Below are positions 55,301-64,000 of a DNA stretch of 64,000 bases, in pieces. This DNA comes from a virus, in the IMG/VR virus record IMGVR_UViG_2820089333_000004, positions 12,344 to 76,343 of that record; one strand, 5' to 3'. How positions within the stretch are numbered: position 1 is the stretch's first letter; every line of letters begins with the position of its first letter. The position numbers and the translations under genes are program-made. Under the pieces are notes generated by a model. The model did no database searches. It was not told the DNA's origin and saw only the letters and a list, made by a program, of their open reading frames with translations.

Positions 55301-57764
55301 CATGCAGGTGGCTAAACAGGCTGGCTACGCTGGCGACGATGAAAAAGTTGCCGAAGCTTATGTCGAGTTGCGCGATCTGGAAAAAATCAAAGAAGAGGCG
55401 CTAGCAAGAGAAAAGCGCTTGGGCGCTTCTGGTTCCGCATATCACACCCTAAACGAGCGAAGAATAAAGGTAACAAATAGGGATGGCACAATAGACTATA
55501 CGTCTCTCAACGAGCGAATACCCTATTTGAAAGAATTGCTGAACAAAGTCGACGGCATTGAACAAGCCGAAGCGATTCTTGCCAAGTTGAAAACCAAAGC
55601 TGGCCTCAATCAAGATTCCGAGATAGCTGGCATTATAAACGACATCAAGAAAGGCGCTGATGGCGGCAACCCGCACCAGTTCGAGAACGCCTGGATCTCC
55701 CAGTTTTCACAGGCAAACTCTCGTGCCAACATCGCACAACTGAAGCTCGACAGCCTGATCTCCGGCAATGCCTCCTATGAGAAGCAGGCAGAGCAGGAAG
55801 TCATCGCTATGTGGGCGAGCGGCAAGTTTGATGATGGTGGCAACCCCAATCATCGGCCTTTTTTGAAAGGCGCCCAATACGACGAAAAGGGCAAGATCAC
55901 AAACAAGACCTATGACCCGCTTAGGGGGTGGGACACGAACGATATTGACCTTGACGCAAAAAGAATCGTCGGCACGCTCAAGGACGAAAATGGCAAGGAT
56001 GTAAAAGGTAAAGACGGCAAGCCCATAAATGTTGAAAAGTCCCTAAACGACCTCATCGAACTGCTTGCGCTGAGAAAGAAGGAAGAGGCTGCACTTAAAG
56101 ATCTCGGGTTCGCCAAACAGCGTTCGGCTGCGCTGGACGAGGACATGGAGGTCGCCATGTCGCGTCTGACGGGCGAAACCGAGGGGCAGACCGACGCCAT
56201 GAAGGCACTGAACCGCGAGTTCGCCCGCGCCGAAAAGCGCACGCCTGACACTCTCAAGAGCGACAACCACAACGCCGAGAAGCAGGCCGCGCTGATCAAG
56301 CGAGCCACCGTCGACTACGCCAACATGAGCGCCGATCTCGTTCAAAAGAACACAGAGATGGAGGCGCAGTTCCTCGAAACCGAGCGCGAGCGGTTGCTGG
56401 CGGGGGTCAATGCGACCTTCGAGGCGGAACAAAAGAAGATGCGTATTGTCATGGAGAGCATGAGCAAGCGCATCGAAATGATGGAGGAGGAAATCGCAGC
56501 GATGGAGGCTGCGGGCAAGAAGGAAACTGAGGCATACAAGACCGCCGTTGAGGCATACAGCGACGCCATCGAGGCGAAGAAGAAGGGCGAGAGGGAGTTC
56601 GACCGCTTTAAGCGCAACCTCGAACAAAAGCGCGACCGCGATTCCTGGACCGGCCTTCAGAAGATGGTCGATAGTTGGGACAAGGCATACGACCGGCTCA
56701 ACGAGTTCGGCGAGCGGTGGGCCTCGAACTTCGCCAACGAACTTGGCACGCTAATCACGACCGGCAAGGCGGACTGGCGCTCATTCGTCAGCTCGATGAT
56801 GGCCGAGTTGTCCAAGCTCGCGCTGAACAAGGCGCTGGCCGGAATGCTCGGCGGTGCGAATGGCGTGGGTGGTGGCGGGCTTGGTGGTGTTGTGAAGGGC
56901 TTGTTGGGCTGGATGGGTGGCGGTGGGGCTGGCAAGGGTGCTGGTTTTGCGGCCAGCGTCAACAACAGTCCCTACAGCGCAACGGGCGGTTCGACTGGTC
57001 TGGTTGCCGGCAGCAGCGTGCTAGATGGTGCTTTGAGTGGTGGTGGTGGTGCGGGTGGGGCTGAAGGTGTAGCGAATTCGTTTGTCAATCTGGCGGCAAA
57101 TTCCGACATTCTGAACGAGTCGTTTGGCAGCTTCTCGATGATTGCGGACATGGCGAATGAAGCGCTGCAAGATACGACCGATCAGGGCGTAATGGGCTTT
57201 CTGGGTGGTCTGTGGCAGAGCATCACGGGCATGTTTACCAAGCAGTCAGCCGAACAGGCGGAAGTGGTGGCGCTGACCACTCTTACTGCCGCCGCACAAG
57301 CCGCAGCAAGCGCATTGCTTCAAGTTGCCGCGTCCAGCACCGCCAGCTCGTTTGGTGGCATGGCGGCCAATGGCGCGTATTTCGATGGCGGCATGTCGTT
57401 CTTTGCGAACGGCGGCGCTTTCACCAACGGCATCTACGCCGACCCAACCCTGTTCCGGTTTGCCAACGGTGGCAAGTTTGGTGTGATGGGTGAAGCGGGG
57501 CCGGAAGCTGTGATGCCCCTATCCCGCGATGGGAAGGGGCGTCTTGGCGTGACGGTGAATGAGGGTATGGTTGGTAGCGCCGACAACACCGTTGTCAATA
57601 TTGCCATCACGGTGAATAACAATGAGGGCGGCGGTAAGGGTGAAAGCGAGAGCGGTAGCGGCGATGAGGCGAGCGGGTGGAAGCAATTCTCCAACCGCAT
57701 CAAGTCGCTTGTTGTGGAAGAGTTGGCGTCGCAGAAGCGTCCTGGCGGATTGCTTTACGGGTAA
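52386..57764 (+). CDS. tape measure protein
   Basis: 1792 aa, Ala-rich helical; lambda-type C-terminus FANGG..GVMGEAGPEAVMPL. Confidence 0.92.
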   Translation: MAGGSEIKSTLTLDVSKFSSALESAVAGTESLEKHLKSAAKVAADFDKGMAGVGSDLAGTAKNFRLLDQSVEGMVSKLSGVVHNFEQLSRRTGSVAGDVERLGSAMKKTAGINADEWIKTYGDNLGKLTPALKQTVASIIDFDRANIASAETAKKTAATTVEAKLKALNAEREGNRKIIAEREQTMRELAAIEERAQKRSDAAYTDWRNRKKKDDELRGKATAAQEAANAAAIERAALESVVKEIRWKNAEIDKSIALIRQEGGIAQAAGNSNRKEIERTKNARIDADRRMLDGVKRAETERIKSDRKVAEAHKKAVNEMVEHERLKAQQVANVWANVRRWSGSKLMQGLGMAVEKSAEMQQIQLRPEAFGLKGAELEEFNKKAFDLRRQEKYLSNLDAIQARFTAMASLGHNDVRIIDATTGKSIQTVQALKTLGYEHGNVTDIQRNLYGIAEMRQVMNDPAAINKTFDTAFRMANVSGGKITLADIETVLRNLGAGANKISDTGLMNLAALAEQAKVSGGHGGSGGGGAGVSSVGNMIKMAQLYALGKPIPTSLVEKYMEAGLMAGDISSLDMVKGGKKEHTAMLNAMKRSGLKNADMIAEDPVTALWNMRAPLLEFMQNKNHRAEYFGKSDINDPKTQLTAFMKFFAQSGMSHRAVSQMVTAMNPAYHERTKHVTDSAMNGMGAEEALKNAEAMKNWSLAVQEMKKGIEDLMSSFTPLLGELSVFPKTIGAMAASLAGFAKDNPMIASFAAITLGAAGLNLTFTTLLGTFGKAQNISSVMANVWRSMVGGATQAQASTAAATTAMAGFGRQATIGAGAAYKAALAKEATAKAAKFAAAEELKHTRAVVAASSGVARLRATEEMLVPAKQKVIAATNAHTAAKLAVTAASDKASIAARAQAGAMTVLRGAMALVGGPIGAITVGLMLGVAAWNKWGGAAETAWDKAVNAGEKRIKTLEDRIDEFHKKSRNMQVAKQAGYAGDDEKVAEAYVELRDLEKIKEEALAREKRLGASGSAYHTLNERRIKVTNRDGTIDYTSLNERIPYLKELLNKVDGIEQAEAILAKLKTKAGLNQDSEIAGIINDIKKGADGGNPHQFENAWISQFSQANSRANIAQLKLDSLISGNASYEKQAEQEVIAMWASGKFDDGGNPNHRPFLKGAQYDEKGKITNKTYDPLRGWDTNDIDLDAKRIVGTLKDENGKDVKGKDGKPINVEKSLNDLIELLALRKKEEAALKDLGFAKQRSAALDEDMEVAMSRLTGETEGQTDAMKALNREFARAEKRTPDTLKSDNHNAEKQAALIKRATVDYANMSADLVQKNTEMEAQFLETERERLLAGVNATFEAEQKKMRIVMESMSKRIEMMEEEIAAMEAAGKKETEAYKTAVEAYSDAIEAKKKGEREFDRFKRNLEQKRDRDSWTGLQKMVDSWDKAYDRLNEFGERWASNFANELGTLITTGKADWRSFVSSMMAELSKLALNKALAGMLGGANGVGGGGLGGVVKGLLGWMGGGGAGKGAGFAASVNNSPYSATGGSTGLVAGSSVLDGALSGGGGAGGAEGVANSFVNLAANSDILNESFGSFSMIADMANEALQDTTDQGVMGFLGGLWQSITGMFTKQSAEQAEVVALTTLTAAAQAAASALLQVAASSTASSFGGMAANGAYFDGGMSFFANGGAFTNGIYADPTLFRFANGGKFGVMGEAGPEAVMPLSRDGKGRLGVTVNEGMVGSADNTVVNIAITVNNNEGGGKGESESGSGDEASGWKQFSNRIKSLVVEELASQKRPGGLLYG

Positions 57765-57768
57765 GCGG

Positions 57769-58194
57769 CTAAAATGCAGTTGGGTAAATTTGCATGCTGT
57801 CTATTCCTGCCGGGGCGTATCGAAACGTGGATAGCGCCCCTGATTTAACAGTTACTTTTACTTCGACCAGTTCTTTGTAACAGGCACCTGTAGCTTCTGC
57901 ACTAAGAATATATTCTCCAGGCAATAAGTAGAGTGTGATTTTTTCTCCAGCGTCAACATCAGCAACAGACGCGGCATCAATGTAGATTCTCGTATAGCAT
58001 CCAGCGCCAAAAAGAAAGCCTCTGTCCCGTTTGAAAATTACCGTGCCGGACTCTGGCTGTTGCGTTGTAAGTTTTTCGCCAGCTTGAAAAATCCTATTTT
58101 TTGGAACGGGCGTCGCTGCCTCTGTTGAGATTGGCGAAACCGAACAAGCCGACAGTAACCAACACACAGCAATAGCAACAAAAACCCTTCTCAT
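57769..58194 (-). CDS. lipoprotein moron (DUF2846-like)
   Basis: lipobox LSAC; lower GC; opposite strand within tail operon. Confidence 0.8.
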   Translation of the reverse strand: MRRVFVAIAVCWLLSACSVSPISTEAATPVPKNRIFQAGEKLTTQQPESGTVIFKRDRGFLFGAGCYTRIYIDAASVADVDAGEKITLYLLPGEYILSAEATGACYKELVEVKVTVKSGALSTFRYAPAGIDSMQIYPTAF

Positions 58195-58340
58195 TTTCAA
58201 CCCCTGTTAACAAATAACAATTCCATTTTACACGTTGCAAAATTGCTGTTGTTGGCAAATTTGCGCCAGCGCCGGTTTTTTGTCGCCAAAGTATGCCAAT
58301 ACGCCTTTACATTTCAGTAAAAACTTACTAGAATTCCAGC

Positions 58341-58679
58341 ATGAGCAAGCCCGCTTTCACCTGGACACCCGACCTCGGCGCACAGCAGAGTATTGAACCA
58401 GCCGTAACCCAAACGAAATTCGGAGATGGTTACGAATTGCGCACCGCCGCAGGCATCAACTTCAAACCGCGCTCATGGGCGGTAACGTTCTCTAAGAACG
58501 CGAGCGAAGCCCTGCCACTGTTAGCTTTCCTTGAAGCGTGCGGCGGCGTTGAAGCGTTTGCATGGACTGATCCACTTAACAGAGCGGGAACTTACGTCTG
58601 TCGGAAGTGGGACGCAACCCAAACAGTGTTTGGCGTCTATTCTGTCTCGGCGGCATTCGATGAGGTTTTCGAGTATTGA
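58341..58679 (+). CDS. minor tail protein M-like
   Basis: FTWTPD..FGDGYE..GIN..W.V.F..FL..GGVEAF.W. Confidence 0.88.
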   Translation: MSKPAFTWTPDLGAQQSIEPAVTQTKFGDGYELRTAAGINFKPRSWAVTFSKNASEALPLLAFLEACGGVEAFAWTDPLNRAGTYVCRKWDATQTVFGVYSVSAAFDEVFEY

Positions 58680-58699
58680 TCCAGTAAGGGCTTACTAGA

Positions 58700-59404
58700 A
58701 TGACAACGCCAATCGCTGCTGAAATTCAATCCTTATCACCAACTGCGATCTTGGAGTTCTTTGTTCTTGACATGAGCAACTTCGAGGGCGGCGGTATCGC
58801 TCGCTTTCACGCTGGCACCAACGGGCTGCAACAGCCGGTGTGGTGGCAGGGTGTCGAATACCTGCCATTGCCTATCGAGGCCGAAGGTTTTGACATCATG
58901 ACCAAGGGGCAGCTTCCGCGCCCGAAGGTGCGTGTGGCAAATATCGGCGGGTTATTTTCGGCGGAAGCGCGACAGCATGACGACCTGATTGGTTGCAAGG
59001 TGACGCGCAAGCGCACTTTTATGCGCTACCTGGACGCCAAAAACTTCCCCGGTGGTGTCAATGCAGACGCCGACCCCAATCAATGCCTGCCAGATGACAT
59101 CTGGTTTGTGGATCGCAAGTCCATCGAGAACCGCTACGTCATCGAGTGGGAGCTTGCCTCGGCCTTTGATGTGCAGGGCGTGATGCTGCCGTTCCGGCAG
59201 ATTATCCAGAATTCATGCCCGTGGAAGTATCGCGGCGCCGAGTGCGGTTGGGTTGGTGGTTATTACGACAGGGACGACAAGGCGACCTACGAATCTGGGA
59301 AGGACTATTGCGCCAAGCGATTGTCATCCTGCCGCATCCGTTTTGGCGTTACTGTCGATCTGCCGTTTGGTGGTTATCCAGGAGCGCACCGTTTCGATGG
59401 CTAA
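58700..59404 (+). CDS. minor tail protein L-like
   Basis: WQGVEY..PIEAEGF..PRP; C.WKYRGAECG..C.KRLSSC..FGGYP. Confidence 0.92.
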   Translation: MTTPIAAEIQSLSPTAILEFFVLDMSNFEGGGIARFHAGTNGLQQPVWWQGVEYLPLPIEAEGFDIMTKGQLPRPKVRVANIGGLFSAEARQHDDLIGCKVTRKRTFMRYLDAKNFPGGVNADADPNQCLPDDIWFVDRKSIENRYVIEWELASAFDVQGVMLPFRQIIQNSCPWKYRGAECGWVGGYYDRDDKATYESGKDYCAKRLSSCRIRFGVTVDLPFGGYPGAHRFDG

Positions 59405-60140
59405 CGATCTGCTTGCTTTCATTCAGCAGGAGGGCGCACGCCAGTATCCAAGTGAAGCCTGTGGTCTTGTTGTGCGCGTCGGCAAGAAGTCTGTTCCGGT
59501 AGCCTGCAAGAATGTCGCGGAAAACCCGCAGGCGCATTTTGTGATGGATGTCGTTGATTACGCGAAGGTGTCGGACATGGGCGAGGTCGTCGGTGTGTGG
59601 CACACGCATGTTGAGATTCCGCCGACGCCTTCTGTGGCCGACAAGCGAGGCTGCGAGAACTCGGAAATGCCTTGGTATATCGTCAGCGTGTCCAAGGCTG
59701 GCGATGGTTTTGCTTTCAGTGACATGGAGATTCTTGAACCGTCCGGTTTCGAGCTTGATTACCTTGAGCGCCCGTATGCCTTTGGTGTTCTCGATTGCTG
59801 GAGTCTGGTGCGTGACTACTACCGACGCGAATACGGCATTCGGCTTGGCGACTACCCGCGCATCGAGCGATTCTGGGCCAAAGGTCACAATTTCTTCGGC
59901 AACCCCGAACACTGGAAGAACGAAGGGTTCAAGCAACTCATCGGCGGTGAAGAGCCGCAGGCGGGCGATCTGCTCTTCTTTCAAACAAGCGGTGACATTC
60001 CGAATCACGTTGCCGTCTACATTTACGACGACACTATCTTGCACCACCCACATGGCCGGCTGTCGCGGCGGGACATTTACGGCGGTTATTGGCAGAAGCA
60101 CGCCATCATTCACCTTCGCCATGAAATAAAATGCACCTGA
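59397..60140 (+). CDS. tail assembly protein K-like (MPN/JAB + NlpC/P60)
   Basis: YPSEACG, WHTH..PS.AD, DCWSLVRDYY, HVAVY..ILHH. Confidence 0.92.
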   Translation: MANDLLAFIQQEGARQYPSEACGLVVRVGKKSVPVACKNVAENPQAHFVMDVVDYAKVSDMGEVVGVWHTHVEIPPTPSVADKRGCENSEMPWYIVSVSKAGDGFAFSDMEILEPSGFELDYLERPYAFGVLDCWSLVRDYYRREYGIRLGDYPRIERFWAKGHNFFGNPEHWKNEGFKQLIGGEEPQAGDLLFFQTSGDIPNHVAVYIYDDTILHHPHGRLSRRDIYGGYWQKHAIIHLRHEIKCT

Positions 60141-60718
60141 CGAAAATCATCCTCGATGGCCCTCTAGGTAAAAAGTTTGGCCGCAAATGGGAACTCGCGG
60201 TTAATTCGCCACGCGAAGCTCTAAATCTGATCGAGGCAAACACGCCCGGACTGTTCAACTGGCTGCGTCAGAATGCAAAAAAGTATTCCAAGTATGCAAT
60301 CACATGCAAGAGGGGCGACCACGTTGAGGAATTCAACGAGGAGCAATACCTGAAGCAAGAGGGGCAATTCGATGAAATCCGCTTTGTGCCTGTTGTTGAG
60401 GGTGCGGGCGCAGTGGCGAGAATTGTCGTCGGCGTTATTTTGATTGTTGTTGGTGCGGTAATGACGTATTTTGGGAATCCGTATGGTGTAAATGTAATGA
60501 TGGCCGGTGCGGCAATGGCCTTTGGCGGTGTTGCCGAACTACTCGCGCCCAAACCCAAAACAAGCAAATCCAAGGACGCAGAACACAAAGGCTCCTACTA
60601 CTTCAACGGCCCCGCCAACACCACAGAGCAGGGTGTTCCCGTCCAACTGATCTACGGTCGCTGCCTCGTCGGTAGTCACGCCATTTCAGCGGGCGTCAGC
60701 ATTGACCAGTTGATGTAA
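60131..60718 (+). CDS. tail assembly protein I-like
   Basis: L.GPLGKKFG..PREAL; SYYFNGPANT..QG.PV.L.YG. Confidence 0.9.
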   Translation: MHLTKIILDGPLGKKFGRKWELAVNSPREALNLIEANTPGLFNWLRQNAKKYSKYAITCKRGDHVEEFNEEQYLKQEGQFDEIRFVPVVEGAGAVARIVVGVILIVVGAVMTYFGNPYGVNVMMAGAAMAFGGVAELLAPKPKTSKSKDAEHKGSYYFNGPANTTEQGVPVQLIYGRCLVGSHAISAGVSIDQLM

Positions 60719-60727
60719 GGTGCGGCG

Positions 60728-63700
60728 ATGAGTGAACAGCTCAAAGTGATCGCAGGCGCCGGTGGCGGCGGGTGTTTTCGCGCCGGCACACAGGTTCAAC
60801 TAGAACATGGCGAAACCATCGCCATCGAACTGCTGAAAGAGGGCGATGAAGTTCTCGCATTCGACGAACGGGGCGAGATCCACCTAGCGAAAGTCACCAA
60901 ACTGCATTACCACGCCGATCCGCAGCCGATTCTGCGGGTGAGGTTCTGGAAGGGCGAGGTTTTCATCACGCCAAACCATTGGGTGCTGAACCAATACGAC
61001 AGCTTCGTGGAAATTGGCCGTCTGACGACGCACGACGCGCTGGTGGATGGCATGGGGCATTTGCGCCCGATCATTGACGCCGAACTGGTCGGGCACGAAC
61101 CTGTCTGGAACCTCACCGTCGAGCCGCATCACACCTTTATCGCCGACGGGATCAGGGTGCATAACGGTGGGCATCGTGACCGCTACCCTGTGATCGCTGG
61201 GGCAGGTGGTGGCGGTGGCAAGAGCAAGGGCGGTCGTGCCGCCATCGAAGATCCAGAAAGCCTGCAATCCCGCGCAATGGTGTCGCTCATCGACCTGCTC
61301 GGCGAGGGACAGATCGGCGGCCTGGTCAATGGCGCCAAGTCGATCTTCTTCGATGACACACCCCTGGAGAACAGGGACGGCACACGCAACTTCGAGGGCG
61401 TGTCATGGGATTTCCGCGACGGCCAGCAGATTCAAACGCCGATGAAGGGCTTTTCCGACATCGAGGCGCCGACCGTGGTGAACGTCAGGGTCACGAAGAA
61501 TCAGCCGGCTGTTGTGTCCATCACCAACCCGAACGCCGACGCGGTGCGCCTGCTAGTCACGATCCCGGCGCTCACCTATCAGGACACCAATACCGGCGAC
61601 ACGCACGGTTCAAGCGTCAAATTTCGCTTTGAGATTTCGACCAATGGCGATAGTGGGGCATACGTGCCTTTTTCGGGCGATTTGACAATTACCGGCAAGA
61701 CGCGCTCGCGCTACCAGAAAGCTTATCAGTTCTGGCTGCCGAAGGGTGGTGCTGCTTTCGGCGTTCCGGTTACACGCTGGAGCATCAAGATGGTGCGTGT
61801 CACCGACGATGCCAAGACCGGCAACATCAACAACGAAACGTGGCTCGACACCTACACGGAGATCACCAACTCAAAGCTGAGTTACCCAAACTCCGTGCTT
61901 TGTGGCGTCAATATCAACTCTGAGCAGTTCAACAAGATTCCAACCCGTGCCTACCTGGTTGATGGCCTCTACATTCAGGTGCCGTCGAACTACGATCCAG
62001 TTACGCGCAGCTACATCGGCGTCTGGAACGGCACATTCAAGGTGGCAACGTCCAGCAACCCGGCGTGGATTCTCTACGATGTGCTGACCAACAAGCGCTA
62101 TGGTCTGGGTCAGTATCTCGGCGCCGCCAGTATCGACAAGGGCAAGCTCTACCAGATCGGCAAATACTGCGATGAAATGGTTGACAATGGTTTTGGCGGA
62201 CTGGAGCCGCGCTTCGCCATCAACACCGCGATCCAGAGCCGCGTCGAGGCTTACCAACTGATCACCGACCTTTGCTCTGCCTTCAACGGCATGAGCTACT
62301 GGAATGGCGGCATGGTTGGTTTCACGCAGGATGCTCCGACCGATCCGAGCATGATCTACAGCCAGTCGAACGTGATCGACGGCATTTTCCAGTATGCGGG
62401 ATCTTCAAGAAAGGATCGTCACTCGGTTGTCCATGTGACGTGGAGCGACCCGGAGCAGAACTACAGGCAGGCTATCGAATACGTCGAGGATGCCGATTTA
62501 GTTGCCCGCTACGGTATTCGCAAGGCAGAGGTTTTAGCTTTCGGTTGCACCACGCGGGGTCAGGCGACGCGGGTAGGCAAGTGGATTCTCTACACCGAAG
62601 CCTACGAGTCCGACATGATTACCTTCAGCGTCGGCATCGACTCCGCACTGGTTATGCCCGGCGATGTGGTAAAGGTTCACGACGCAAACAGAGCGGGTAA
62701 GCGCATGGGCGGGCGCTTGAAAGCCGCCACGCGCACCTCTGCGACACTCGACGCACCCATCAAGCTTGGCGTCGGCGTGTCGACGATCTCCATCAGAATG
62801 CCAGACGGCAGCTTTGTGGATCGCGGCATCTACGAATCTGGAAGCATCTACGAACTGAACACCGTGAGTTGGCGTGACCCACTGCCGGATGATCCGGTGC
62901 CGAACGCTATCTGGTTGATCGCCGAGGCCAATCTCGAACCGATGCTGGCCCGCGTGATTGGCGTCGCTCAAGGCGAGAAGCCCGGCCAATTCGTGATTTC
63001 CGCACTGGAACACAATCCATCCAAATACAACGCCATCGAGAAGGGCTGGCAGCTCGAAGAGCGCAAAATCTCGATCATCGACACCAAGAACGTCGCTGCC
63101 CCTGGCGACTTCACCGTGTTCGAGTCGCCGTATCTGGTGGCTCCCGGCGTCCTTGGCCTGAGCCTGTTCGCGTCGTGGAGCGGCAACGCTATGTCCTACG
63201 AAGTGACGTGGCGACGAGAGGGCAAATACGCAACCAATTGGGAAAGCGTCACGACCAGCAGCCCGGTGTTGGATCTCGAAAACGTTCGCGCTGGCACCTA
63301 CCGCTTCAAGATCGTCGCCATCAGCGCCTTTGGTGTGCGCTCGCCGATCTTTGAGGCTGACTACGTCACGCTCGGCAAGACCGCTGCGCCCGGTGATGTT
63401 GCCAACTTCAAGATCACCAAGCGCACCAGCGACCTGCTACTGACGTGGGATCAGGTAACAGACATCGCTTTGAAGGGATACGAACTTCGTGTTGGCCCGT
63501 CCTGGGACTCCGGTGAGGTTCTGACAACAGACTTCGCTGGCACCATGCTAACGCACGATCAGGACTACGCTGGCGACTACTACTACCACATCCGCTCCAT
63601 CAATATGGAGGACGAGTATTCGGACAACGTGACCACGGTCAAGCTGACCCTGACAGCGCCGGCTACCGTAGCGAATTTCGACATCATCCAGTCCGGCAGT

Positions 63701-64000
63701 CGTCTCGAACTGCACTGGCGCCCGAACGTCGAACCCGATGTTGTCTATTACGAAATCCGCGAGGGCAATTCTTGGAATACCGGCACGCTGGTTTCACAGG
63801 CAAAGGCGACCACTTTCAGTATTCCATCTGGCGGCATCGGCATTCGCAAGTTTTGGGTCAAGGCGGTTGCTTCGCCGGGCATCTATTCCAATGAAGCAGC
63901 ATGGATCGACACCAATATCGCCATGCCGACCGATTCCAACATCGTCTTTACCGCCGACGAGAAACTGCTTGGTTGGCCGGGCAACAGGCTGAACATGCAC
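60728..64000 (+). CDS. host-specificity/tail tip protein J (TipJ), partial, with N-terminal Hint domain
   Basis: open frame from ATG 60728 to window end (absent from ORF track); LQS..LIDLLGEGQIGGL, PSNYDP, NPAWILYDVLTNKRYGLG. Confidence 0.92.
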   Translation, partial: MSEQLKVIAGAGGGGCFRAGTQVQLEHGETIAIELLKEGDEVLAFDERGEIHLAKVTKLHYHADPQPILRVRFWKGEVFITPNHWVLNQYDSFVEIGRLTTHDALVDGMGHLRPIIDAELVGHEPVWNLTVEPHHTFIADGIRVHNGGHRDRYPVIAGAGGGGGKSKGGRAAIEDPESLQSRAMVSLIDLLGEGQIGGLVNGAKSIFFDDTPLENRDGTRNFEGVSWDFRDGQQIQTPMKGFSDIEAPTVVNVRVTKNQPAVVSITNPNADAVRLLVTIPALTYQDTNTGDTHGSSVKFRFEISTNGDSGAYVPFSGDLTITGKTRSRYQKAYQFWLPKGGAAFGVPVTRWSIKMVRVTDDAKTGNINNETWLDTYTEITNSKLSYPNSVLCGVNINSEQFNKIPTRAYLVDGLYIQVPSNYDPVTRSYIGVWNGTFKVATSSNPAWILYDVLTNKRYGLGQYLGAASIDKGKLYQIGKYCDEMVDNGFGGLEPRFAINTAIQSRVEAYQLITDLCSAFNGMSYWNGGMVGFTQDAPTDPSMIYSQSNVIDGIFQYAGSSRKDRHSVVHVTWSDPEQNYRQAIEYVEDADLVARYGIRKAEVLAFGCTTRGQATRVGKWILYTEAYESDMITFSVGIDSALVMPGDVVKVHDANRAGKRMGGRLKAATRTSATLDAPIKLGVGVSTISIRMPDGSFVDRGIYESGSIYELNTVSWRDPLPDDPVPNAIWLIAEANLEPMLARVIGVAQGEKPGQFVISALEHNPSKYNAIEKGWQLEERKISIIDTKNVAAPGDFTVFESPYLVAPGVLGLSLFASWSGNAMSYEVTWRREGKYATNWESVTTSSPVLDLENVRAGTYRFKIVAISAFGVRSPIFEADYVTLGKTAAPGDVANFKITKRTSDLLLTWDQVTDIALKGYELRVGPSWDSGEVLTTDFAGTMLTHDQDYAGDYYYHIRSINMEDEYSDNVTTVKLTLTAPATVANFDIIQSGSRLELHWRPNVEPDVVYYEIREGNSWNTGTLVSQAKATTFSIPSGGIGIRKFWVKAVASPGIYSNEAAWIDTNIAMPTDSNIVFTADEKLLGWPGNRLNMH
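60773..61165 (+). other. Hint (mini-intein/BIL-like) domain, 131 aa
   Basis: N-terminal CFRAGT, block B TPNH, VWNLTVEPHHTFIADGIRVHN; +1 residue Gly. Confidence 0.88.

Larger units (their letters stand above)
1446..58697. promoter_or_regulatory. dispersed 16-bp palindromic operator TAGTMAG-NN-YTKACTA (16 copies)
   Basis: Copies start at 1446, 1918, 8339, 8659, 11161, 17288, 20426, 26334, 30047, 37204, 41644, 46739, 51044, 51648, 58315, 58682; all intergenic or at a start codon; right arm often runs into TATAAT/TAGAAT. Confidence 0.88.

Noticed and set aside
1-64000. tRNA, rRNA, reverse transcriptase/retron or DGR
   Set aside because: No cloverleaf or T-loop signature and no RT motif recognised by eye; tRNAscan-SE and HMM searches would be decisive

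Overview
A 64 kb slice of a large (~57% GC by eye), lambda-tailed siphovirus-type genome from a probable proteobacterial host. Its organisation resembles SSU5/pHCM2-type phage-plasmids (inference from gene content, not an alignment). 1-20.7 kb: recombination, repair and nucleotide metabolism (RecA C-terminus, SbcD/SbcC, RuvC, class II RNR, ThyX, dUTPase, dNMP kinase, and an RNA ligase split by a GIY-YIG endonuclease). 20.7-35.4 kb: accessory region of small promoter-gene-terminator cassettes, long structured non-coding tracts and an ASCH-mazEF-HNH cassette. 35.5-42 kb: SF2 helicase and a ParB-ParB-HExxH-ABC ATPase-thioredoxin-GNAT module. 42-64 kb: terminase, portal, capsid, tail, tape measure and M/L/K/I/J tail tip, with a Hint domain at the N-terminus of J. 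Two recurrent cis-regulatory motifs were found by eye: a 16-bp palindrome TAGTMAG-NN-YTKACTA (16 copies) and a GCCTG-N11-(-10) promoter class (13 copies). The strongest novelty candidate is a ~350-nt structured RNA at 30.07-30.42 kb with a ~59-bp G·U-rich hairpin behind its own operator-overlapped sigma70 promoter. No tRNA, rRNA or CRISPR array was seen. Family names come from motif recognition, not database searches. Internal start codons were chosen from RBS and stop/start overlap context.
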